A stretch of DNA of 64,000 bases, from assembly GCA_964252035.1 (NCBI GenBank), contig OZ176201.1. One strand, given 5' to 3'. Within the stretch, counting starts at the first letter, position 1. The number at the start of each line of letters is the position of its first letter. Positions 11,929-23,146 of this stretch are shown piece by piece. This DNA is from Podarcis erhardii (taxonomy: Eukaryota). Under the pieces are notes generated by a model. That model saw nothing but the letters and a program-made list of their open reading frames with translations, made no database searches and was not told where the DNA came from. The position numbers were made by a program, and so were the translations under genes.

Positions 11929-12941
11929 CGTCTCAATCCTGATGCACAGAGCAGGCTATTTTCGAAGTGACATACCCTTAGAATCTATACAATCATAAAA
12001 CTAAACACAAAAAGACAATAATAAAAAATGAACACCATAAAAATTATAAACAAAGAGCAGCAGCATGCAACAACATCCAATGAGAGCTTGAAGTGTGTTG
12101 AAAGCCAATATGCATACACGTAAAAGGTCCTAAACAACAACAAAACCCTGTGCAAGTAGTAGCTTCTGGTATTTGAGAATCTTTCTGCTGAAAAGATGGT
12201 TGGCAACACCAGCATTGACAGAGCTCGCTCACTTGTGTGTACAGAAATGAGGTGACTGGAATCAGTTTCCTTACCTCAGGAGAGGTGAACAGAACTGTCC
12301 TTAACAGCACTGAGCACAGGTATTTAGTGGGTACCTGTCGTTTACCCCTTGCAGCATCTCTTTATATGCAAGTGGCCCGATAAATGGGAGCCTGTTCTCC
12401 AACACACAGATCTCCTTTGCTGGGTCAGACCTACAGTGTCATTCTGTAGAACTTTTCAACTTCAAAGGTTTTAAGGACAAATCCATCTGCATGTGCCCAT
12501 TCCCTACCATTTACTTTTAGATAGACATTTCCAACTGCAAACAGAAGCTCCTCATAAAAGCCCTAGAGCGGAACCAACCATACAAGTTCCTACTAAATTT
12601 GGTTTTCATGTTGTCATTTGTAGCAATGTAATGTTTTACGAAGAACACTTCCTCAAACTTCCGCAGCATAATGAAAACATATGTGGATCTAGAAGACAAT
12701 ATGTGACCGTTTTCATGGAGAGATTATATCAAAACCTCATTTTTTCCCTGTTGACAGTTATATGGGCCACATTTCAGCGAGACTTAACAAATGGGAAAGA
12801 ATACTATTAAGCATAGAACTTCTCACTTTTACTGTGGCCATGTACATGCTAGATGGAATAATTTATGATTTAATAATTTTTAATTATGTGAAATAATAAG
12901 AAATATGCAACAAATGAGATAAATTATGTTGTATTTGGACT

Positions 12942-13518
12942 GTTGTTGTTTAGTTGTTTAGTCGTGTCTGACTCTTTGTGACCCCATGGACCAGAGCACG
13001 CCAGGCACTCCTGTCTTCCACTGCCTCCCACAGTTTGGTCAAAGTCATGTTGGTAGCTTCGAGAACACTGTCCAACCATATCATCCTCTGTCGTCCCCTT
13101 CTCCTTGTGCCCTCAATCTTTCCCAACATCAGGGTCTTTTCCAGGGAGTCTTCTCTTCTCATGAGGTGGCCAAAGTATTGGAGCCTCAGCTTCAGGATCT
13201 GTCCTTCCAGTGAGCACTCAGGGCTGATATCCTTAAGAATGGATAGGTTTGATCTTCTTGCAGTCCATGGGACTCTCAAGAGTCTCCTCCAGCACCATAA
13301 TTCAAAAGCATCAATTCTTCAGCGATCAGCCTTCTTTATGGTTCAGCTCTCACTTCCATACATCACTACTGGGAAAACCATAGCTTTAACAATCCGGACC
13401 TTTGTTGGCAGGGTGATGTCTCTGCTTTTTAAGATGCTGTCTAGGTTTGCCATTGCTTTTCTCCCAAGAAGCAGGCATCTTTTAATTTCATGACTGCTGT
13501 CACCATCTGCAGTGGTCT
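12942..13518 (-). mobile_element. RTE-BovB LINE, 5'-truncated 3' end
   Basis: Minus ORF MRVPWTARRSNLSILKDISPECSLEGQILKLRLQYFGHLMRREDSLEKTLMLGKIEG...GVTKSQTRLN is the BovB C-terminus. (AAC)n-like tail; 10-bp TSD TATTTGGACT at 12932-12941 and 13519-13528. Confidence 0.93.
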
Positions 13519-13781
13519 TATTTGGACTAGTGTTAAATTATTGTATTGCCTAGTTTGTGTTGATTGTTGACTACTTTGGAGTTTGCCAGAGCATGGATAA
13601 CTAAACATCTGAGGGTGGTGGAACTATCAAGTGGGGCCGTTCTGCTAATTTTACCAACCAAGAGAATCTGTAGGGAAAGAGGTGGTTTCTCAGATAGTCT
13701 GAGCACCTTAAATTAGGCCCAGAATGAAGTGGCAAACAATGCAGTTCTTTTAGAACAGATTTGCCTAACCTCTGTTATATG

Positions 13782-13913
13782 TGTTACAGATAGGTAGCCG
13801 TGTTGGTCTGCCATAGTCAAAACAAAAAATTCCTTCCAGTAGCACCTTAAAGACCAACTAAGTTAGTTCTAGGTATGAGCTTTCGTGTGCATGCACACTT
13901 CTTCAGATACACA
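13782..13913. mobile_element. Short Penelope-like element terminal fragment (132 bp)
   Basis: Flanked by 12-bp direct repeat CTCTGTTATATG (13770-13781, 13914-13925). GTAGCCGTGTTGGTCTG...AGCACCTTAAAGACCAAC...GAGCTTTCGTG resembles reptile Penelope pseudo-LTR ends (from recall). Confidence 0.55.
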
Positions 13914-15091
13914 CTCTGTTATATGAGTTTGACATGGAACCCTAGTTGGGTCCAATTTAAGTATGCCTGGAAAAAAGACCCGGTGGACTCAGTGGAACTT
14001 ACTTCTGAGTAGGATTGTGTTGTACAGGGCTGAACAGAAATGTACTCCCAAAATTGGGAGGTAAAATGGGGTGTGTGTGATTAGATGGCAATAGGTGAAA
14101 TTCTACAACAGTTCTTCTTAGAAAATTCTCCACAAATACTCCTCTGCAGAGGAAAATGTTATACCTGGAATTAAATATTCATCGCTTATGTAGTGTCAGA
14201 GAAAAATTAGAAGATGCCTATCAAATTCTGGGAGATAAAAGACTAGGAGTAAGCATGCCCTCCAGCTAATATGTTCCTGCGAGATAAAAAGACAAACTAC
14301 AAAAAAAATATGTGTCTGATGTCTGAGATCTGGTCTAGACATTACTTTCACAATAGCCCTGTGTTGCATTTCCATTAGGGGACTGGATCATGGTGGGGAG
14401 AGGGGGAGGGGGAATGGGAACAAGTGCAGGGTACTAAAAAGTGGAGGGAGCCTCCATGGAAACAAAAGGCTTCCTGTTTCAGACAGGGTAGATCAAAAAT
14501 AGTTTGAAACTAGGAGATAGGAAAGGGGAACCAGAACCCAGATCTTTTCAACTGGATGAATATTAACTCCCTGCCCGCCCCAGCTTGTATGGCCATCTGT
14601 TACAAGCATTTGTGCACACCTTGATCAGAAGACTCAAAACCAGTTTTACTACTCTGTTGCACAGCAGGTTCTTGTACTTATAAAGCAGCTCTTAATTACT
14701 TCCAAAGTTACTTAGCAAGGTAATGTTGGTTTTGTCAGTCTACTTTCCATACCTTTTGGGGTGGAGGTGGGATGCCTTTAGATGTTATATATGCAAGCCC
14801 TTTCTATCCAGGCAAGTGACCGATTGGGGGACTTTCTTAGCAGAAGTGTTAATATTTTGAAGTATGCTCTTATACCCTTGGATCCTGAACCTCCAGATAT
14901 AAAAAATATAAATGAATATGCTGAAAAGCAGAAAGGTTAAGGGACATATAAGATGGGGACGGATGGACCAGCTTTTAAGTGTGCTTAATAACTTTCCTGG
15001 AGAACAGATGTTCTCAGCATCTCCAGTCCTTGCAAGAATAAGGCTATTTATTCACCCATCTGTATGGAAGGAAGGGCCATGACTTCAACAT

Positions 15092-15820
15092 AGGAAGCTG
15101 CCTTATATCAAGTGACACTATTGGTCCTTCTAGCTCAGTGTTGTGTACACTGATTGGCAGTAGCTCTCCAGCATTTCAGACAGGGGTCTATCATATGGTT
15201 ACCAGATTCCCCCCCCCAATGAATCTGGGGACACTTTTTTTGAAGCTGAGTAGCAACAGGGAGTCAGTATTGGGGATACATGCATATTGTATAAAGGTGC
15301 AAAGCCCTTCTTTTGCACCCTCTGAAACATAAATGCGCAGAGACTGGGCAATGGTGTGCCCTGCGCCTGTGACTCCTGAACTTTCCCTGATCTCCTTCCC
15401 CCTTTGTTTTGACAGATCAGGGGAGGCTCGGGAGTCACGGGCGGGTGGCCGTTGCCCAGGAGGGGCCAGCCTGGTAGTGCAGTTGGCTCTGGCTGGCTTC
15501 AGGAGCTGCTCGCTGGCGTGGTGCAGGAAAAATGGTGGGCTCCACGGCAGTGAGCAGCTCCTGAAGCCAGCCAAACCCAACTGCTCTAACAGGCTGTCTC
15601 CAGGCTGCTGAGGCTGCCGCTGCCATGTTTCCCGGAGACAGATTTGGAAATCTGGGACATTCTGGGGACAGATTTTGTCCGGGGACAGATTTGCAAATCC
15701 GGGGACTGTCCCCGGGAACCAGGGATGTCTGGTAACCCTAGTCTATCACAGCCCTACCTGGAAATGCCAGGGGCTGAACCTAGGATCTTCTGCATGCATC
15801 CCACTGAGCTACACTCCTTC
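15092..15820 (-). mobile_element. tRNA-derived SINE split by a hAT insertion (host parts 15092-15193 and 15749-15820)
   Basis: Removing 15194-15748 restores a sequence colinear with the SINE copies at 31577-31750 and 8910-9045. Confidence 0.65.
15194..15740. mobile_element. Non-autonomous hAT element (547 bp) nested in a SINE
   Basis: TIRs TATGGTTACCAGA / TCTGGTAACCCTA; perfect 8-bp TSD GTCTATCA (15186-15193, 15741-15748); subterminal GGGGACAGATTT-like repeats. Confidence 0.88.
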
Positions 15821-18800
15821 CCAAAGACCACATGTCTCACTAAGCTTCCATGCCCTACCTTAAGAGTTGATTAAACTGTGCATTCAAGTAAGGGTTTTGA
15901 ATAGCCAGAGGTTGATGAGCTTGCTTTAGTCCAGAGGCAGGGAGCCTGTGGCCCTCCAGATGTTTGACTCCAACTCCCATCAGCCCCAGCCAGTATGACC
16001 AATGGGAAGTCTAACAATATCTGGAGGCCATAGGTCTGTTGTACATAATAGCAGTTTCCTTGCCCATGACACTTGCCTATTAAGATAGACCGGTGTGAGA
16101 AATCCATAATGATGTAAATTGCGAGTGTGTGCAGAATTTTCAAATGCTGAAAATATTCATATTTGAGGCACGAGATGAAGTGTGATAAAACACACGTACA
16201 TTTACGACACTGTAATGTCAAAATGCATGCAGAGAACTGTAGAGAGATGTTCGGTTGTCATGTACAAACTTTTATCTAGTCTAATGGCTGAGGAGGTTTC
16301 CTTAAAAGGCATTAATGGACAGCAGATGTTCTCCAATGACTTTTGATTTCAGGTGGCTGCTGGGTTTGATGCACCACACCCGCTTGGCAGGGTCCTTGGG
16401 GAAAAAAGGCAGCACCTTCAAGGCTACTGTTTGCTACTGGGGACATGAGCTTGCTTCTAATTCAGCAGTGACTTGTAATTGCAAATAAAGTGTCATCACA
16501 GATACACCAATACTTTCCTTCAAAAGGAAGCTGCCCCTGTAAAAGGCTGCAACCTTTAAACTTTCTACTGCAGTGGCTCCCAAAGTCCGCTACCTCCCCG
16601 CCCCCCATCAGACCATTTGAAAATGGCTGAATGTCTTGGCAGACCACTTCATGGTTTCTCTGCCTAGTGTTCAGCAATCGTAATGTGCCGTATTAGGTTA
16701 TATATAGATGAATTCTAATTTTAATACAGTGTAATACATTAAGAAACAAAGCTTGCAATAAAAATATAATTAAAAATAAATGTGAATATTTTTCGATGTG
16801 GACTACTCTCCTTTTTTATAAACTGACAACAACTCCCACCCTGAGTCACTCTTTCGCATGCTCTGTCTCTTAGCTTCTTCCTCCTTTTCTCACTGCTTCC
16901 TTCATTCCCATGCATTGATTCTCCACTTCACTGAAGTACCTTTTCAGCCTCTTTCCCCCACTCACGACCTTCTCCCATCTTACTGCCAGCACCAAATTTA
17001 TTCCTCTAAACAAGGCAGAGTCTCATCCTCCATCAACACATTTGGTTGGTCCTGTTCACCTTTTGGGCAGACCCCTGAGTCGTAAGAATGATGGAGCAGT
17101 TGCTGTGAACACTGTTCTTCAAACACACATAACCCCTCTGTACCCGCCACTCCACAGAGTCATGGACCACCTGAATAAAGCTCATGGACCACTTATGGTC
17201 CATAGACCACACTTTGGGAACCCCTGTATGGATCATGAAAGAATATATTCTGAAATGACTATTTTAAAAAAATTATTTGGCAGAGTCCACCATCCGTTTC
17301 CCATAGTAAGTGGTATCACTTGTTAATGTGAAACAAATGTCTTCCTCCCTCCTCCTGTGTCACATACTGCCTCTCTCTGCAGCTCTTGAGAATAAAAAAA
17401 AAGTTCCCACAAATTCTCAGTACCAAGTAATTTTCCATTCCTCACAGTTGAGACGTTTCTAATTCCATTTGCTTATGCTCTACGGGAGCTTCTAACAGTG
17501 GTTTCAGGTGTCTGTTCAAATCTGCCACCTGGTTTCATTAATGGTGCTGTGTGCTAACAGAGTGACAGGTGTTACCTGCTTAAGCACTGACTTCAGTTCC
17601 TAGGGCATCCTGAGTTTTCCTTGGAGGCCTTCCTTCAAAAATATTATTCTACTTAGTGTCAAAGATCTATTGATTTCCCAGTCAAAAGGAATATGAAAAA
17701 TAAATCAGAACACTGATATTCCTTGAAACATGTCCATTCAGTGCAACAGTTAGCGTTACTATGTCAGATTTACACAGCAGATTATGTAGATGATTGAAGG
17801 CATTCTGGCATTACTGGATGGTAAGCATTATTGTAGGTTACTGTTATATTTGATCCAACTGAAATAAGTTTGTTGTTACTCTGTGTTTACAAAGTGAATG
17901 CAAAATGACAAAGGTTTTGGGTTTTTTTAAGCCAAAATGTGAGGTGGGGGAGAAAGCAATTTAAGAGGAAATATTCACTTGGGATATGAAATACATCAGT
18001 CTTCCCAAATGGGCAAATATTTATTTGATGTCTAATAGTTATAGGCTGTAGCTCATCCCTGGCTATTCAACATGTAGAAAGAAAAGAAAAGAAAAGAACT
18101 CAGAACTAATAAGAAACACTACAAACCCACATAAAGCACTTTATCTCAAACATTGAAAAACAGAGTATATTTTTATGAGTTACAAATAGATCCAATGATA
18201 AGTGATACAGAAAGGAGTTTTATTAGAGGCTTTATAAGGCTAAAATGTCCTGCTGGAAGAGGAATATGATATCTGCCATTAGAATAGAAATGTGTGTGGG
18301 AAAAGTTGTTGGCATAATCAGTGCAGGTTGGAAAATAGCCCCAAATATTCTAAGAAGTGTCACAAATGAATTGTGCTTCCTGTTTTTATGAGAGTACTAT
18401 TGAACTTCTTTCATTCTTATGGGCTCCCATAGGCATCCGTTTGGTCACAGTGAGAACAGAATGATGGAGCACATGGGCAACAACAGTCTTCTCTGTCAAT
18501 GGCTGGATGCCTTGGGTTCATCTGTTATCTTCTCTAGATTAAACCTCATGTTTTATTTCCATCATTATATTCATGCTAACATGAGTCCTAGAGCTAATTG
18601 GCATGATAACAAATCTGCATTATGAATGTGGGCTCAAGGTAGCATTGTTGTTTGCTGCTTTGAACAAACCAAACAGCCCTGGGTACTCCCACATTCAGAG
18701 AAGGTGGGAGTGTACAATATCCAAAGAACTAAATAAAGCAGAAATAAATGTATAAAGTGAGATGCTGTTGAAACAGAAGGACATTGAGATGGAAGAAGAT

Positions 18801-19899
18801 GAAGGCTCAGCCTCTGGTAAATCAAGCTTTGAAACGACATCAAAAATCTGGAAAACCTGTTTATCAGAGTCAAAAGTGAGATAGCTACACATACCTTGAG
18901 CAGTGGCCTTGCTTTCAAATTGCCTTCAACTGTGTCTCAAAAAAAGTGACTCCAAAACAGACGATGCTCTGCATCCAGCCTCAATCTGAATGGAACCTGC
19001 GGAGCAAGTAACTTGTGCATGATTAATTCTAGATTCCATACCTCTTGGATCCAGGCCATTACACCTGTGAAATCATGACTTTCCATATTTCCTCAGCTGG
19101 AAGAGATAATTAACATAAGAGACTACAAAACATTTCACTGCAGTGTAATTATGTGCCATTAGAATGTAATTAAATGCTTATGCGGAGAAACCCAGCCTTC
19201 TAGTTTTAAACCCTCTTTCAGACTTCAGCCAGACAAAATGGAGATTATGTTGGGATGGCATGAGGACAGTCTGGGAATAGGTATTCAGCCAGTTCAGGGT
19301 AGGTTTTCACTCCCCTATAAGGAACAATCCATAATTTGGTAGTGCTGCTTGGTCATGTTTGCTCCTCAATAAAAGGGGGTCACTCTATCCAGGAATGATG
19401 CTGCTGTTGTTCTTCTTCACAGCTGTGGCTAGTGCATCAACAGAATCCTTTCCTGGTAAAGGCAGATCTGGCCACAGTTATGTGTGTCATAGCTACCTAC
19501 AGGTTATAGTAATGAAAGTTATTCTTTGTGGAGCTGTCTTTGAAAAGACTCTAGAAACCTTTGCTGACAAAAATCATAGTTGCTAGACTGCAATAGGAGT
19601 TCATATTCAGGTTCATGTAACAGGTTGTACCAACTTCCATTTGGCTTCCAATTTGCTTCTGGGCCTCATTCTAAGTGCTTGTCTTAGCCTTTACAAACAG
19701 AATAGGGGAGGCTGTGGTCTTTGTGTTCAACACAGACAATGGTCATGGGTGTTGAGGTTTGTAGTCCAGCAACATCCGGAGGGCGGGGCACAGCTTCCCA
19801 TAAATGATTTGGGACCTAGATACCTGAATGACTGCTTCAGCTGTCATGTTTTTTTCTCTTCAGAGGAAGTTTGGCCCCTGCCCCCTGTTACATATCCCG

Positions 19900-20055
19900 T
19901 CTCCATCTAAGCTGCAGTTGGTGAGCAACAAGGGGTAGGGTTTTCTCAGTCATGGTGCCCAAAAGTTCTGGAGCGTCTTGCCTCAAGAAATTGGGGTAGC
20001 CCCTTCCTCCTGCTTTTAGCCCCCAATTAAAAACATTCTTTTTTAGGTACACCTT
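19900..20055 (+). mobile_element. Degraded L2 3' fragment
   Basis: AGGGTTTTCTCAGTCATGGTGCCCAAAAGTTCTGGA...TTAAAAACATTCTTTTTTAGG parallels the 3' end of the L2 at 3671-4812. Confidence 0.5.
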
Positions 20056-20713
20056 CCAATGATTTGTTTTATTAGGGGTCATAATGGTTGTTTTCTGTTT
20101 TTAATGGTGTTATTGCCACTATGCACTGCCTGTGCTTTTTAGGTGAGTTTCAGCTTTTGATGAATTGTTATTTTAAATAGGTTTTGTTACTGTTGTTAGG
20201 GGTCTTAGAGGCTCCACTAAGGATCTGAAAAGTGAGGCATAAATAGATAAAATAGAGCATACGAACCAATACCTTGCATACACAGAAAGCTATTTTAGCT
20301 ACAGGTGCCTGCACAATGCTACCCATAATTATATAAAATTACCAGAAACCACCCCCTGATTTCTAAGCATCGTATTACTTATATAGCCTGTCCACAGTTA
20401 TCCTTGCTCTGGTAACATCCCATTTGGATTACTATAATGTGTTGCATATGGGGCTGCCTTTGAAACCTGCTCAGAAGCTTCAGTTGGTGCAAAAAATAAA
20501 TACTGTTCCTCAATTGCTGGCTGGGATTGGGCAGGTTCAGATTGGGGTCTTGCCAGTTCTGAAGCAGTTGCACTAGTTCCTGGTTCACTTCCAGACACAT
20601 ATGTTGTATATTTATGCATTTTTAAAATATTTTGTGCTTTGATATATTTTATTGTATTGTGATTTAAAACTGTTGAAAGCCCCCCTAAGTGGAGTGGGTA
20701 GACATTTTAAATA

Positions 20714-21190
20714 CTGTATTTTTCGCTCTATACGACACACCGGCTCATAGGATGCACCTGACCATAGAAGGGAGAGAACAGGAGGAAATTTCCCCCCCTT
20801 GTTCTCTCCCTCTAAATCAAGGTGCGTTCAAGGTGCATTCACCCAAAGCCTCCAGAGCACAGCGGGAGTTCCCACTGTGCTCTGGAGGCTTTAGGTGGCT
20901 ACCACCCCCAAGCTAGAACAGCGAGACCGTCTCGCTGTTCTGGCTTCGGGGACAGCCTTTGTAGCCTCTGCAGGGCAGCGGGGTGAAGGCACCCCGCTGC
21001 CCTGCAGAGGCTTTGCGCGCAGCCACCCCCAAGCTAGAACAGTGAGACGGAGCACTCCGCAGCGCTCCGTCTCCCTGTTTCCTGGCTTTGGGCTTAGCCG
21101 CGCAGCCTGCATTCGCCCTATAGGACGCACACACATTTCCCCTTAATTTTTGGAGGGGAAAAGGTGCGTCCTATAGAGTGAAAAATACGG
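20714..21190. mobile_element. TcMar-Tc2-like non-autonomous DNA transposon (477 bp)
   Basis: TA + CTGTATTTTTCGCTCTATACGACAC versus reverse complement of right end CCGTATTTTTCACTCTATAGGACGC + TA. CCGTATTT termini are typical of the Tc2 group. Confidence 0.8.
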
Positions 21191-23017
21191 TAAATAAAAC
21201 TCACAGTGCTGGTACTGACCACTTGAAGCCCTTTGTGGCTTAGGACTAGTGTTGCTGAAGGACACTTCTTCCCATATGAACCTACTAAGGTGCAGAGATC
21301 TGCCTCAGAAGCCCTTCTTTAGGTCCCCTTGTTTTGGAGGTAAGATGGATGGTGACCTCCAGACGGGTTTTTTTTTTGGTAGTGATGGCATCAGTTGCCC
21401 AATCTTTAGAATGCCTTTCTTGGGGAGAATGATCTGGCACTAGTTTAATAGTCTTTTCAGTGCTGGATGAATAATTTTTTTGTTTTCCAAAGCTGATAAC
21501 ATGCCATTTTAATGGAGTGTATATCTTTCTGGTTCTGTATTTATTTTGCATTTGGCATTAATATATCAGGTTACATAGCGAAGCATAGATCCGGTTACAA
21601 ATAAGTAAATAAGAAAGTTGTATATTTATTTATTTATGCAATGAGCATAAATAGAAGCTTAGGTTTTTTTAACACACACACACACACACACACACGTAAA
21701 TAGTTTAATATGCCAATGAACAATCTTAATCCATACAAGTATATAACAGTACATAGAACAACAGCTTCAAAACACACATTACATAAACTCAGCTAGGATT
21801 AAATAGATTTCATTCATAATAGCATAGTGATTTTTTTTTAAAAATGTACATTAGTTTTAGAAGAATAATACAGCAAACATGAGGTTGCTGTATTTTGAAG
21901 AGCAAAAAAGAGGTTACCTTTTCCAACTTCTACTTTCAACTATGGAGCGCTATGAGGACTCACCCATGAAAAAGAGGATGTTTCCTGGAAAAAGAGGAAA
22001 GATATTACAAACATTGACATGACTTGAGTCCCCCCTTTCCCCTTCTCCCCTTGCAAAACTCAAACTTAGCCCATTGATACAAATGCATACAAAAGAAGAA
22101 GAAAAAAGGTGACTTTCAAGTGACATGAAAACATCAGTGCATAGATTCCTATGGGTTTTTGACAGCCTGTTACCATGTTCTGGGTGGTAGCATATGAAAT
22201 AAAATTAGACCAGGTGTTGTGAAATTTCATAAACAGTGTTATATACCAGTGGTGCAACAAATGCAATCTTATTCCCAATCAGGCATTCAGTTGTGGATTT
22301 AGTTTTATAGAGGGGAGCATTGAGCACTGGTGTATACTATGCACAGCTTCATTTCTTGCCCCCATGCAAAATCAAATCCTCATATGTCTTAAAACTAATG
22401 GAGCGACCACTATTCATGCATAGGCACAGTAGAATACACACCACCTTCTGCTGCTCCTAGGGTTACGGACATTTTGTAGCTTTGCCACATTCCATGTTGG
22501 TCAGGGCTGGTCCATGGATACTGGTCTGTCATGAATTAGCAAGGCTCAGCTGTAGTGGGGAAACTTTCAGCGTGCCATCTCGCCCTCAAGATTGTGGGTG
22601 CCCACCACCACAATGGGGCTTATTTCCAGGTAAATTGTTATAGGATTGTAGGCTTAGTTTGTTAAATATACATTAAGTTTTCAAGATAAAAACAACACTT
22701 TAAATTGTGCTCAGAAGCAGACCACCTGCGCCCTACACTGCAATAGCACCATCTGGATGTTACTACAGTACGGATCATCCTCCATCAGAATGGCCAAGAC
22801 TATTTCGGGAGCAGAAGTGTGCCAGGTTGAGATGGATCCCAATAATGGCTTCTAAAAATGCCTAGAGTTGCCTGGTAACAGTGTGAGAGGTGTGTCTGCT
22901 TTCAGGTCATGTTATGAATAGAAAAAGCTTGTTTAATTAGTGTTAAGATCAGTCCGACTAATAATTTTGGATCCTGCAGCACCTCATGGGTAGCAAAGTC
23001 AGGTCAAGGCTTTAAAC

Positions 23018-23146
23018 CAGAGATGGGGAACCTGTGGCTCTCACAGATGTTCTTGGACTACAATTCCAATAATCCCTGATCACTGGATAGGTTGATGGGA
23101 GATGGATTCTAATAGCACCTGGAGGGCCACAGGTTCCCCACCCCTC
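23018..23146. mobile_element. hAT (Charlie-like) palindromic MITE
   Basis: CAGAGATGGGGAACCTGTGG...CCACAGGTTCCCCACCCCT; degenerate 8-bp TSD CTTTAAAC / TTATAAAC. Confidence 0.75.

Noticed and set aside
12493-12810. 105-aa ORF as a single-exon gene
   Set aside because: Starts at GTG, no recognisable homology, and this length occurs by chance in a 64-kb six-frame scan.
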